A DNA stretch of 63,639 nucleotides from an uncultured Candidatus Saccharibacteria bacterium (GCA_964396685.1 CAYNFS010000004.1:1-63639); one strand, 5' to 3'. Positions 18,676 to 28,015 are shown, counted from the stretch's first letter. Made by a program: numbers and translations. The notes: generated by a model not told the origin, from the sequence alone.

Positions 18676-19230
18676 ATGACCATCTACTTAATCACCCATA
18701 CAGAAACCTATTACAATCGCCGGCGGATTTTTTGCGGGCAACGCGACTCCCGCCTCACCCCTCTAGGACATCGGCAGGCCGAAGCCATCGGCCGCAAGCT
18801 TAAAAATGAAAAAATTGATGCGGTTTTCACTTCTCCTCTTGGCCGCTGTCTTGAGACTCTAAAACATATCAAAAAGTACCATCCAGACATCAAAGTCATC
18901 AAAGACCCGAGGCTTATTGAACGCGATTATGGCAGACTCACCGGCAAAAGTAAGGTTAAATACCGCCAGCAACATCCCAAGCTTTACCAAATTTACCACC
19001 GCTCTTATGAAACTGCTCCGCCCGGCGGGGAAAGCATGATAAAAGTCTCAAAGCGGGTTTTGAGTTTTCTCAAAGACGCCCTGCGTTACCTCAAAAAAAA
19101 GAAGGCCGATGCGCTTATCATCGGCCACAACAATTCTGTCCGCCCCATCCGCCGCTACTTTGAGAAACTCTCCGTAAAACAGATGATGCAGGATGACAAC
19201 CATTTGCGGATTTTCATCTACCGCATCTAG
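18676..19230 (+). CDS. histidine phosphatase family protein
   Basis: THTET variant of RHG motif, D..LT..G..QA, SPL.R..ET, ER.YG, H.N. Confidence 0.85.
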   Translation: MTIYLITHTETYYNRRRIFCGQRDSRLTPLGHRQAEAIGRKLKNEKIDAVFTSPLGRCLETLKHIKKYHPDIKVIKDPRLIERDYGRLTGKSKVKYRQQHPKLYQIYHRSYETAPPGGESMIKVSKRVLSFLKDALRYLKKKKADALIIGHNNSVRPIRRYFEKLSVKQMMQDDNHLRIFIYRI

Positions 19231-19511
19231 TCATTTCCCGTTTTTACGATCTGAATTTCCTTGCCAAAAACAATGGCGGCGGAAACTTTTTTGTAAGCTT
19301 GCGACAAGATCCGCTGAAAAGTGCTTTGCGAGATTTTCATCTTTTCCGCCGCCTCGGTTTGGTCCAAACCTTTGATGTTTTTTAGCCGCAAAGCCTCAAG
19401 CTCGGCTTGGGTGAGTTTTACGCAATCCTGGCCGCACAAAACCCCTTCAGGCAAAAAATGCCTGTACTTCGGACAAAACGCGATTTTGTAGCGGCAACGC
19501 GGACGAACCAT
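19227..19511 (-). CDS. DUF134 family HTH protein
   Basis: MVRPR..., E.EALRL.....LDQTEAAEKM.ISQSTFQRIL. Confidence 0.85.
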   Translation of the reverse strand: MVRPRCRYKIAFCPKYRHFLPEGVLCGQDCVKLTQAELEALRLKNIKGLDQTEAAEKMKISQSTFQRILSQAYKKVSAAIVFGKEIQIVKTGND

Positions 19512-19748
19512 TTATTTCTCCTCGTCCTTTGAGGATTTGACAGATTCTTTCATGTGGCGGATCGTGGCAAGCTTGGCCTCCAGGATTTTTTCCTGTTCTT
19601 CCAAAAAAGCAATCTCGTCTTTTTTGGAAATCCCCGTTCCCCAAGGCCCGCAGTATCCGTCGCAATATCCGTGACGAAACATATTTTTATGGCCTTTTTG
19701 AATTAATTTCTTAGTTTTCGACCCATTCTGTTTTGAATATATACCCAA
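19512..19748 (-). CDS. small DUF5320-like protein
   Basis: G/C-rich N-terminus plus 'E...LEEQ...LE..L..I' coiled coil; start probably MFRHG. Confidence 0.55.
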   Translation of the reverse strand: MGIYSKQNGSKTKKLIQKGHKNMFRHGYCDGYCGPWGTGISKKDEIAFLEEQEKILEAKLATIRHMKESVKSSKDEEK

Positions 19749-19789
19749 AACACCCTCATGTCAAGAGGCCAAAAATTGGCCGTTAAACT

Positions 19790-20647
19790 TTACACCCCGC
19801 AGCTGCTGCCGGAACCGCCTGACGGAGGCGTTACTTCGCGCAAAATCCGCACATAACCCTGGCCGCTGGAGTATTCGGCTCCCAGAAGCTCTTTGGAATC
19901 GGCCGTACGAAAATCCAAGCCTTTTGTTTCAAGGTATTTGGCGATGGTGAGATAAGTATCCGGAAACCAGTAAGAATTGACCTTCAGGGCATACTTGTAC
20001 ATTTCTTTTTCAGACACGCCTTGCGCCGCCATCAGCTGCAGGAGCCCCAGCATAGCCATTCCATGATTGCAGTCGGGAAAATAAGTGGAATTGCCGCAAC
20101 AGGGCCGGTAAATATTTTTGGATACTCTTTCCACCAAGGCCTGCTGGTCAGAAGTTAATTTGACAAATTCATATTTTGAATAATGCTCCATGGCGCTGCC
20201 CTTTGCCAAAGTCCATCCGCCGGTTGAGGCGAAATTTCCCGCTCCGCCATAGCGGGCATCCTGCATCGGGCCTTTCTCCAAAATCTCATTCTTGTTGCCC
20301 AGGCCAAAAGCCCAGAGCAGATTCAAAAGTTCTCCCGCATTCTCCGACGTAATCTTGAGCTTCTCCTTGTCACTTTCGCTCAAAAGCTTTTTAAGTTCTG
20401 CCGGCATTCCGCCGCGGGAAGCATACAAAGACTCAAATTTTTCAAGGTCAATCACCCCGCTCTCAACCAGCCTTTTCCCCAAATCTCCCCAAATCACTGG
20501 AAGCACTACGCCATTTGCAGGCAGAACTTCTGCCTCAAAACTTTTTTGCGTTTTGGCTGATTCAAGCGGAACAAACGAATTCAAAATTATTAATATTGCA
20601 AAAAGCAGAATAACCGCATAAAGTTTATTTGTTTCCATACTTGTCAT
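19790..20647 (-). CDS. membrane-anchored protein with RPCC...CNHGM motif
   Basis: N-terminal TM helix; 'YRPCCGNSTYFPDCNHGMAM'; ATGA overlap with the upstream gene. Confidence 0.65.
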   Translation of the reverse strand: MTSMETNKLYAVILLFAILIILNSFVPLESAKTQKSFEAEVLPANGVVLPVIWGDLGKRLVESGVIDLEKFESLYASRGGMPAELKKLLSESDKEKLKITSENAGELLNLLWAFGLGNKNEILEKGPMQDARYGGAGNFASTGGWTLAKGSAMEHYSKYEFVKLTSDQQALVERVSKNIYRPCCGNSTYFPDCNHGMAMLGLLQLMAAQGVSEKEMYKYALKVNSYWFPDTYLTIAKYLETKGLDFRTADSKELLGAEYSSGQGYVRILREVTPPSGGSGSSCGV

Positions 20648-20925
20648 TTCCCCTGAATTTTTTTGATAAGCCAAATGATCAACAATATCCCGACGATTAG
20701 CCAAACTATGCTGGTCGCCCAGGCAAGCACTCCCCACGAGTAATTAAGGCCGCCGAGATCCCCCCATGGCATCATCCCCCAATTGCCGCTTACCCCCATC
20801 ATTCTATTCATCATGCCGTAAGGTGTCGTGCTTGAGGTCTCAAACCCCATCATGCCGTGAGCGGTAGCGATGTAAGGAAAGACTGCCAGAGCCAATATTG
20901 GCAAAATTATAAAAAATTTCTTCAT
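20644..20925 (-). CDS. small Met/Gly-rich membrane protein
   Basis: signal peptide, HGMMG...GMM, C-terminal TM helix. Confidence 0.65.
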   Translation of the reverse strand: MKKFFIILPILALAVFPYIATAHGMMGFETSSTTPYGMMNRMMGVSGNWGMMPWGDLGGLNYSWGVLAWATSIVWLIVGILLIIWLIKKIQGK

Positions 20926-20954
20926 CTTGCTTTTCCTTTCTCCATCAGAGATGG

Positions 20955-23129
20955 TTAACTTAAGTTTTTCTTTCTTAATAGTATAGCATTAAAAGCAACT
21001 ATTATGGTACTTAAAGACATAAAAAGCGCTGCCAGCGCCGGCTGCAGCAGAATTCCTTTGAAAGCAAGCACTCCGGCCGCCAAGGGCAACGCAACTACGT
21101 TGTACCCGGTTGCCCAGAACAGATTCTGAATCATCTTTGAATACGTCATCTCGGATAGCTTGATTATCTTCACGATGTCTCTAGGATCATTGCGCACAAG
21201 AATGATCCCGGCTGATTCAATGGCTACATTCGTCCCTGCGCCAATGGCAATGCCCAAATCTGCCTGGGTTAAAGCTGGCGCATCGTTTACCCCATCTCCC
21301 ACCATGGCCACTTTGAGTCCCCGGTTTTGCAATACTTTTACTTTGTCAGCTTTTTGCTCTGGCAATACCCTCGCAAAATATTCGTCAATCCCAAGTTCGG
21401 AAGCCACCCAAGCGGCTACCTCTTCCGAATCGCCGGTTATCATAGCAACTTCTAGGCCCATTTTTTTCAAACTGTTTATCGCCTCCCGCGACTCTTCGCG
21501 GATGATATCGGCAAGCGCAATTGCTCCGAGCAATTCTCCCTCGGCTATGACGTAGATTATAGTTTTTCCCCCTCTTAAGGTAAGAGGGGGCGAGGAGGCG
21601 TTATGTTGCGCGGCTTCTAATATCGCTTCTCCCCCAACCAAAATCTCTAAACCTTCCACGACGCCTCTTACCCCTTTCCCAGGAACCCTTTGAAAATCTT
21701 TAACTTCCAAAAGTGAGAGCCCTTGTTTTTTTGTTTCTTCAACCAATGCTTTGGCCACAAAATGTTCCGAAGGCGCATCCACCGATGCCGCCAATTGCAA
21801 AACTCTATCGTTTGTAATTTGTAATTTGGATTTCGGATTTAACATCACCTCGTCCACGCCATACTCTCCTTTAGTGAGCGTCCCTGTTTTGTCAAATAAA
21901 ACCACGCCAATCGTCCGGGCCGCTTCCAGGGCTAATCTTTGTTTGACCAGAAGTCCGTTTCGCGCCGCCATAGTCGTAGAAATAGAAGCAACCAGAGGAA
22001 CTGCCAGCCCCAAAGCGTGCGGACAGGCAATTACGAGAACTGCCACTAATCTTTCGGTGGCAAAGATTACGCCGGCCTTGGCCAAAAGCCAGGCGACAAA
22101 CGTGATGCTGCCAGTACCAAGGGCAACTAACGTCAGATAGAAAGCCGCCCGATCGGAAAGAATCTGCAGCTTTGACTTTGAAGCCTGCGCTTCCGCGACC
22201 AGCCTCATCACACCAGCCAAAAAAGTTTTCTCGCCAATTTTGGTTACTTGAATCTTGAGACTGCCGTCGCCGTTAATCGTGCCCGCTATTACTTCATTGC
22301 CGATTTGTTTTTTCACTGGCTTTGATTCTCCGGTAACCAAAGATTCATTAACTTCTGATTGGCCATCCACCACTTTCCCATCGGCCGCAATTTTCCCGCC
22401 AGGACGAACCAAAATCATGTCTCCGGTTTTAAGCTCGGCCAGCGGGACATTTCTTGTCTTCACTCCCTCTCCTTGTGAGGGGAGGGTTGGGGAAGGGTTA
22501 ATAATCAATTCCGCCGTATCCGGCAGCAATTTCGCAAGTTCTTTCAACGCTCCCTGCGCCCCTTGGACCGCCCGCATCTCCAGATAATGCCCCAAAAGCA
22601 TGATGGTAATTAACGTAGTCAATTCCCAAAACAGAGTATGGGGACTGCCACGCAAAGTTTCAAAAACGCTAAAAAGATATGCGGCGGTGATAGCAATCCC
22701 GATCAAAGTCATCATCCCCGGAAGGCGAGCTCGCAGTTCCCGCCATGCACCGGCCAAAAAAACCCATCCGCCATAGAAAAAAACAATTGAGCCAAAAATA
22801 AAAGATAAATATGGGGAACCAGAAAACACCGGTGCCTTCCAATCAAATAATTTTTGAGGCAGTTCCGAATAAAGCACCACCGGGATAGTCAAAACCAGAC
22901 TCACCCAGAATTTCCTAGCAAACATCGCCAGACTATGCCCCTCATGCTTGTCATGTCCCACTCCCTCCCTCTCCCCTTTGGGGAGAGGGGAGGGTGAGGG
23001 GATCAGGTTCATCCCGCACTCCGGGCACCGCCCCGGCTTATCCTGCTTGATTTCCGGATGCATCGGGCAGGAATAAATTGATCCTTTTTGTACTGGTGGA
23101 TGATTAAGCGTACTTTCGTTATGATTCAT
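20955..23129 (-). CDS. copB: copper-exporting P1B-type ATPase (CPH motif, CopB-like)
   Basis: YSCPMHP metal-binding domain, TGES, CPHALG, DKTGT, GDGVND. Confidence 0.9.
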   Translation of the reverse strand: MNHNESTLNHPPVQKGSIYSCPMHPEIKQDKPGRCPECGMNLIPSPSPLPKGEREGVGHDKHEGHSLAMFARKFWVSLVLTIPVVLYSELPQKLFDWKAPVFSGSPYLSFIFGSIVFFYGGWVFLAGAWRELRARLPGMMTLIGIAITAAYLFSVFETLRGSPHTLFWELTTLITIMLLGHYLEMRAVQGAQGALKELAKLLPDTAELIINPSPTLPSQGEGVKTRNVPLAELKTGDMILVRPGGKIAADGKVVDGQSEVNESLVTGESKPVKKQIGNEVIAGTINGDGSLKIQVTKIGEKTFLAGVMRLVAEAQASKSKLQILSDRAAFYLTLVALGTGSITFVAWLLAKAGVIFATERLVAVLVIACPHALGLAVPLVASISTTMAARNGLLVKQRLALEAARTIGVVLFDKTGTLTKGEYGVDEVMLNPKSKLQITNDRVLQLAASVDAPSEHFVAKALVEETKKQGLSLLEVKDFQRVPGKGVRGVVEGLEILVGGEAILEAAQHNASSPPLTLRGGKTIIYVIAEGELLGAIALADIIREESREAINSLKKMGLEVAMITGDSEEVAAWVASELGIDEYFARVLPEQKADKVKVLQNRGLKVAMVGDGVNDAPALTQADLGIAIGAGTNVAIESAGIILVRNDPRDIVKIIKLSEMTYSKMIQNLFWATGYNVVALPLAAGVLAFKGILLQPALAALFMSLSTIIVAFNAILLRKKNLS
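21568..21590. repeat. C/G-rich hairpin in frame in the Cu-ATPase
   Basis: CCCCCTCTTA-AGG-TAAGAGGGGG; encodes PPLTLRGG. Confidence 0.7.
22462..22499. repeat. C/G-rich hairpin in frame in the Cu-ATPase
   Basis: encodes NPSPTLPSQGEGV. Confidence 0.8.
22960..23001. repeat. C/G-rich hairpin in frame in the Cu-ATPase
   Basis: encodes PSPSPLPKGEREGV. Confidence 0.8.
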
Positions 23130-23294
23130 AGACGTAGTTTTTAAGGATTCGCCGCAAGACGCCAGTAACCAGTCAGCCGGCGACAACATGCACGGCGGAA
23201 GCCCTGATAATTATTAGAATCCGGCAATTTCATTCATCAAATTAAGTTTTGGCAGTTACCAAAGCGCCTATTATTGCATTTCTGACTGACTTCA

Positions 23295-23567
23295 TTATTG
23301 GGCTTTTTTGATCAAAGAATTGTAAATTGCCGCAAATATATAATCGGCAACCCACGCAACAATCACGATGCTGACGAGGCCAAACAGGAATGAACCGAAT
23401 GTCACATCAATACTTTTAATTTTGGCAAGATCAATCGCGTGAAACCAGGAATTTCCGAGTGAGATCAAAAAATTGGGCGCAACGATCGTAAGCCCCACGC
23501 AAATTACGTAAAATATACCGACAATCAAGGCCGAGGCATTGGCAAAAGCTTTCGCATCAAGTTTCAT
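23295..23567 (-). CDS. DUF5676-like 2-TM membrane protein
   Basis: 'Y.IC..L......SW.H.ID...I......GSFL.GL' pattern; lies in a Cu cluster. Confidence 0.7.
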   Translation of the reverse strand: MKLDAKAFANASALIVGIFYVICVGLTIVAPNFLISLGNSWFHAIDLAKIKSIDVTFGSFLFGLVSIVIVAWVADYIFAAIYNSLIKKAQ

Positions 23568-23590
23568 TATTTAGCTTCACCCCCTTTCCA

Positions 23591-23863
23591 TTACTTGGCA
23601 GATAATGCGTATATCTCAATAAGTTCCCTTATCGCTCTTTCCTCCTGGTCTTTTTGGCGCATCTGGTGCTTGACGTGAACCTTGAGATGGTTTTCCAAAA
23701 GCAGGCGATCCAGGCTTTTCAAAGAGTTTCGAATAGATAAAGAATGATTCAGCAAATCAATGCAGTATTTCTCTTCCTCTATGGCCTTAGTCAGCCCTTT
23801 TATCTGCCCTTGGAGAATCTTTACCCTATGCAACGCCCGTTTTTTCAAATTTTTCTCCATCAT
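23591..23863 (-). CDS. csoR: CsoR/RcnR family metal-sensing repressor
   Basis: R...L.GQI.GL...IEEEKYC...L...LLENHL..HV. Confidence 0.88.
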   Translation of the reverse strand: MMEKNLKKRALHRVKILQGQIKGLTKAIEEEKYCIDLLNHSLSIRNSLKSLDRLLLENHLKVHVKHQMRQKDQEERAIRELIEIYALSAK

Positions 23864-23939
23864 AGGTTTGGAATAGATTATACCCCTATACCCTATTATA
23901 ATTGTTTAATAATTTTTGTCAAATCTTGTCTGATTTGCC

Positions 23940-25004
23940 ATGATGAGAATGATGAAACTAATTATCTTAATCGTCCTCATAAGTTTGCTGGGCTGGTATG
24001 TTTTGTTGCCGGCACTGGTTGTTTTAAGTCTCATCCCTCAATTCTCCACTCCCCCAATCACTTACGTAACGCGTGATCCCAAAGTCTCCACTAGCCCAGA
24101 ATTAGATATTTACAACCCCAAATCCAAACCACGTGCAGTTTTGATAATTTTTCCGGCCGCAAATGAGCAGGGCAAGGATGATACTCGTCTCAGGAGAGTG
24201 GCGGAAATTTTTGCCAGGGCAGGGCTTAAAGTTTACGCGCCAACCCTCAAAAACCTCAACCGCCAAACTTTTCATCCGGAAGTGATGCAAGAAATGAAGC
24301 AGGTCATAAATTATGCCGCAAACAATGACCCGGAAATGCCGCTTGCCGTCTTGAGTTTTAGCATTGGGGTAGGGCCTCTGATGATCACAGCCGCTGACCC
24401 GGAAATCAAAGATAAAATTAATTTATTAGTCGGTTTCGGCGGATATTATGATTTGGCCAATGTTATCGCCTACCATACGACTGGTGAAGCCCCGGATCCC
24501 TTTGGCGCATGGCTTTTTGCCCGCTACTATGCGCAATTTTTACCGAAACCCGATGCCGAGGTTCTTTATCAGATAGCCGACCGGAAATGGCAAGACTTGG
24601 AAGCTCCGGTTGCTGATTTGGAAAAACAATTAGGACCAGACGGCCGGGTTGTCATGACGCTTTTAAACAACCGTGACCCGGAAAAAGTCCAAAGCCTGCT
24701 TGAGGCTCTGCCTCAAGAGCTCAAAAACTTTGGAGCGGCATTTGATTTGAGACCCAATCTTGAAAACTTGCAAACATCGGTTCTTTTGCTGCATAGTAAA
24801 AAAGACAGAATCATCCCGTTTGGGGAGAGTGTAAAATTAACCGAAAGCTTAAAGCAAAGCGACAAACAAGTTGCGTTTCTGCCCTTGGAAGTTTTTGACC
24901 ACGTCAATTTGATCCTGCCCCCGTTGACTGCCGAAAATTTAATCAAAATTTACCTTCCCGACCTCTGGCATCTCTACAAAGCCGCTTATAAAATAATTTA
25001 CTAA
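23940..25004 (+). CDS. membrane-anchored alpha/beta hydrolase
   Basis: N-terminal TM helix, SFSIG elbow, HS..D..IP, late H. Confidence 0.75.
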   Translation: MMRMMKLIILIVLISLLGWYVLLPALVVLSLIPQFSTPPITYVTRDPKVSTSPELDIYNPKSKPRAVLIIFPAANEQGKDDTRLRRVAEIFARAGLKVYAPTLKNLNRQTFHPEVMQEMKQVINYAANNDPEMPLAVLSFSIGVGPLMITAADPEIKDKINLLVGFGGYYDLANVIAYHTTGEAPDPFGAWLFARYYAQFLPKPDAEVLYQIADRKWQDLEAPVADLEKQLGPDGRVVMTLLNNRDPEKVQSLLEALPQELKNFGAAFDLRPNLENLQTSVLLLHSKKDRIIPFGESVKLTESLKQSDKQVAFLPLEVFDHVNLILPPLTAENLIKIYLPDLWHLYKAAYKIIY

Positions 25005-25013
25005 GCTTATCTT

Positions 25014-25076
25014 GTCATTGCGAGCGCAAGCGAAGCAATCTCACAGGACGAGCCGAATCGCACAGACAATAATGAC
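25014..25076. repeat. REP-like element (GTCATTGCGAG...GCAATC...AATGAC family)
   Basis: GTCATTGCGAGCGCAAGCGAAGCAATCTC...AATGAC; related to 53755-53840; its end supplies the ATG of the next gene. Confidence 0.7.
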
Positions 25077-25452
25077 AATCAGGCTAGCAACTAAAAAAGA
25101 TTTTTCGTCAATCAAAAAGCTCATCAGCCGCTATCCGAAACAGCTTTTTCAGAAAAATCTCCCCAAACCTTCGGAATTTTTTGTCGCGGAAGAAGCGGGC
25201 CAAATTATCGGCTGCTGTGCCCTGCAAGTTTACTCCAAAAGATTTGCGGAGATTCGAAGCCTGGCCGTGGCCAAACAATATCAAGGCCGGGGGATTGCGA
25301 CTAAACTTATCAAAGCTTGTCTCAAACTCGCCAAAAAGAAAAAAATCTACGAGGTCTTGAGTATCACAAACGCCTTGCGGCTTTTTGAGCGGTTCGGCTT
25401 CAAAACTTTCCACAAGCAAAAATACGCTTTGCTAAAAATAGTCAACCCTTGA
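25072..25452 (+). CDS. GNAT acetyltransferase (ArgA-like)
   Basis: IIGCCAL...AEIRSLAV...QGRGIA..L; start MTIRLA. Confidence 0.85.
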   Translation: MTIRLATKKDFSSIKKLISRYPKQLFQKNLPKPSEFFVAEEAGQIIGCCALQVYSKRFAEIRSLAVAKQYQGRGIATKLIKACLKLAKKKKIYEVLSITNALRLFERFGFKTFHKQKYALLKIVNP

Positions 25453-26839
25453 CGACGGCCACGGGCTTAAGCGATACAACTTTTTTGGCGATTCCGGCGC
25501 GATCCACGACATCTACCACCTCGTGGACGTCTTTGTAAGCTTGGGGCGCTTCTTCGGCAAGCCCCTTGACAGAGCCGGCTTCTATAAAAGTTCCGGATTT
25601 TTCCAGTTCGATTTTTAACTGCCTGCCGTTTATTTCCCGAATTGCGCGAGACCTAGACATCTGACGGCCTGCGCCGTGACAAGTTGAGCCGAAAGACTTC
25701 TGCATTGCGCCTTCGCTCCCGACCAAAACATAAGATGCCGTGCCCATACTGCCGGGAATAAGCACCGGCTGGCCGGGGAAAGCGCGGGTTGCGCCCTTGC
25801 GGTGAATAACCAGTTTTTTTTGAATTCCACCAATCGCATAAGTTTCTATCTTGGCAATATTGTGGGAAACATCATAAAGAATTTTTAAGCCCGCCCCAAA
25901 AACTTTTTGCCAAACCCCTCTGACCTGATGCGTAATCAACTGCCGGTTAGTCCAAGCAAAATTGGCCGCTGCACTCATCGCCGCAAAATAGGCCTGCCCC
26001 TCGGGCGAGGTAAAAGGCACACAGGAAAGCTCGCGGTCGGGAAGCACAATCTTGTAGTCGCTTAATTTATTAAGCATCTGCCTAATATAATCCGTTGCGA
26101 CCTGGTGGCCCAGGCCGCGCGAGCCGCAGTGTATTAAAATAGTAATTTGCCCCACAGAAAGACCGAATTTTTTGGCCAGCTCTTCATCAAAAATCTGCTC
26201 TACCCGCCCGACCTCCACGAAATGATTGCCTGCCCCCATGGTACCAAGCTGATCCCTCCCGCGATTTTTGGCGTGCTCGGAAACTGCCGCAGGATCGGCT
26301 TCCGCAAGTCCGCCTTGCGATTCAATTTGGGACAAATCTTCGCTCTTGGCATATCCTTTTTCCAAAGCCCATTTAACCCCGGTCTTTAGGACCCGGTCAA
26401 GTTCGGCATTGGTCAGTTTGAGCTGCCCTCCCCGTCCCACCCCCGAAGGCACTGCTTTGTATAATTCTTTGGCCAGCCTGGGCAAGGCCTCTTTGATATC
26501 ATCAAAATTAAGGTCTGAAACCAGAAGTCTGACGCCGCAGTTAATATCGTACCCGATTCCTCCGGGAGAAATCACCCCGTCCTCCACCCGCATGGCCGCC
26601 ACCCCGCCAATCGGGAAACCGTAACCCTCATGCGCATCAGGCATGGCGAGGGCGTAACCCTCAATCCCGGGCAGGCTCGCAACATTTACCAATTGCTCCA
26701 AAGACTTATCTTCCAGAAGCTTGGGTAGCATTTGCGACGTCGCATACACGCGCGCCGGCACCCGCATATCAGAGCGAAAGCTCTTTGGAATCTCCCAGAG
26801 ATAATCATTAATTTTTTTTAAATTACCCCGTGGTCTCAT
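25442..26839 (-). CDS. rtcB: RNA ligase RtcB (archaeal-type)
   Basis: MPDAHEGYGFPIGG, GYDINCG, GNHF, HCGSRG, HNIAK, HRKGA, HGAGR, EEAP.AYK. Confidence 0.96.
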   Translation of the reverse strand: MRPRGNLKKINDYLWEIPKSFRSDMRVPARVYATSQMLPKLLEDKSLEQLVNVASLPGIEGYALAMPDAHEGYGFPIGGVAAMRVEDGVISPGGIGYDINCGVRLLVSDLNFDDIKEALPRLAKELYKAVPSGVGRGGQLKLTNAELDRVLKTGVKWALEKGYAKSEDLSQIESQGGLAEADPAAVSEHAKNRGRDQLGTMGAGNHFVEVGRVEQIFDEELAKKFGLSVGQITILIHCGSRGLGHQVATDYIRQMLNKLSDYKIVLPDRELSCVPFTSPEGQAYFAAMSAAANFAWTNRQLITHQVRGVWQKVFGAGLKILYDVSHNIAKIETYAIGGIQKKLVIHRKGATRAFPGQPVLIPGSMGTASYVLVGSEGAMQKSFGSTCHGAGRQMSRSRAIREINGRQLKIELEKSGTFIEAGSVKGLAEEAPQAYKDVHEVVDVVDRAGIAKKVVSLKPVAVVKG

Positions 26840-26850
26840 ACTCTTTATTT

Positions 26851-26911
26851 GTCATTCCGGCCTCCGAGCCGGAATCCAGGATTATAGATGCTGAATCAAG
26901 TTCAGCATGAC
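26851..26911. repeat. REP-like double hairpin (GTCATT...ATGAC family)
   Basis: GTCATTCCGGCCTCCGAGCCGGAATCCAG...ATGCTGAATCAAGTTCAGCATGAC. Confidence 0.8.
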
Positions 26912-26916
26912 AATTC

Positions 26917-27339
26917 TTAAATGTCGAAGACAATCACAGTCTCATAGTTTCCTTGCTCGTTTTTGACGATGTTTGCTTCATGATATGTCACCGACTTGAT
27001 ATCCTCCTCAAATCCCTCTTCGCCCACGCTTTTGCCGAAAATCTTAGCAGTAAGCTCCTGCTCCTCGAGTTTTTCAAATTCTGCTTTGCAAAATAAAGCC
27101 CGCCGCTCATGCGTAAGAGTCAAAACCTCGGAAAGAAAATCTATCAAAAGGGCGGTTGCATCAGGCGAGGAAATTTTAATTTCGGCTTGTTCGGTCAATC
27201 CTTCGATGCTCCGGCAAAATCCCGGCTTCAAAATCTCGTTCATGCCAAAAAGCGCAGAGGTAAAAAGCTCGGCCAAACTTCCGCCATTTGCTTTCAATCT
27301 AACATCTGCCGTATGCGGCACAATCTCAAATCCATTCAT
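26917..27339 (-). CDS. archease
   Basis: FEIVPHTADV ... IKSVTYH ... VFDI. Confidence 0.93.
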   Translation of the reverse strand: MNGFEIVPHTADVRLKANGGSLAELFTSALFGMNEILKPGFCRSIEGLTEQAEIKISSPDATALLIDFLSEVLTLTHERRALFCKAEFEKLEEQELTAKIFGKSVGEEGFEEDIKSVTYHEANIVKNEQGNYETVIVFDI

Positions 27340-27419
27340 CCTAAAATTATTCTACCAGATTTAGGGCAAACTTGTCTTACTCACAAGTAAGAAACCTTCG
27401 ACTGGGATCATGGCATCGT

Positions 27420-27447
27420 GTTGAACAATTCGCGCGAATTGTTCAAC
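27420..27447. promoter_or_regulatory. perfect 28-bp palindrome, putative operator
   Basis: GTTGAACAATTCGCGCGAATTGTTCAAC upstream of archease-rtcB. Confidence 0.65.
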
Positions 27448-27465
27448 AAATTTGGGAAAAAAAAA

Positions 27466-27729
27466 CTATAAAAAAAGACTAATGGTTTCTCTTAAGTCCC
27501 TGGGCATTTTTTGGTTGAAGCTGTAATAAACATGCCCGTCCTTGCCGACATTCTCCAGTATGTCCAGATTGTGAAGCAAAATTAGATGTTTAGAAGTCCC
27601 TTTGAAAGAAATGTCAATTTCCGCGGCGATATCGGCCACCGTCATAGGAGACCGCACGGCTAAAAGTTTGACAATCTTCAATCGATTAATATTGGCCAAA
27701 GCCTTAAAGATTTGTGTCCAGCGCTTCAT
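27466..27729 (-). CDS. ArsR family transcriptional regulator
   Basis: FKALANINRLKI...TVADIA...KGTSKHL..L; start MKRW. Confidence 0.88.
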   Translation of the reverse strand: MKRWTQIFKALANINRLKIVKLLAVRSPMTVADIAAEIDISFKGTSKHLILLHNLDILENVGKDGHVYYSFNQKMPRDLRETISLFL

Positions 27730-27757
27730 ATTCCCATCATAGCATATTCCCCACGCC

Positions 27758-27783
27758 TTGTACAATTCGCGCGAATTGTACAA
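27758..27783. promoter_or_regulatory. perfect 26-bp palindrome, putative operator
   Basis: TTGTACAATTCGCGCGAATTGTACAA just upstream of a TATGAT -10 box of the ArsR gene. Confidence 0.65.
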
Positions 27784-27903
27784 CACGGTAATAGGGGCTT
27801 CTGGGGCTCAAAAAACTGGACAGCCTCCTGCGGACACATTGCGAAGGCAACCAGAAACAAGCTTAGTTAGATTCAAATCTGATATTCTTTAACGATGTTA
27901 CCC

Positions 27904-27960
27904 TTATAGCACGAGCTTTCAGGAAGTCACGTTCCAAAATAGTCCTTCGGCTATTTGACA
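27904..27960. repeat. intergenic block A (copy 1)
   Basis: similar to 29908-29965; ends in TATTTGACA. Confidence 0.85.
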
Positions 27961-28015
27961 GGCATTAATTTATTTGTTAGCATCAAGTCATACTTAGTAA
28001 TATCTATATTCCGCC

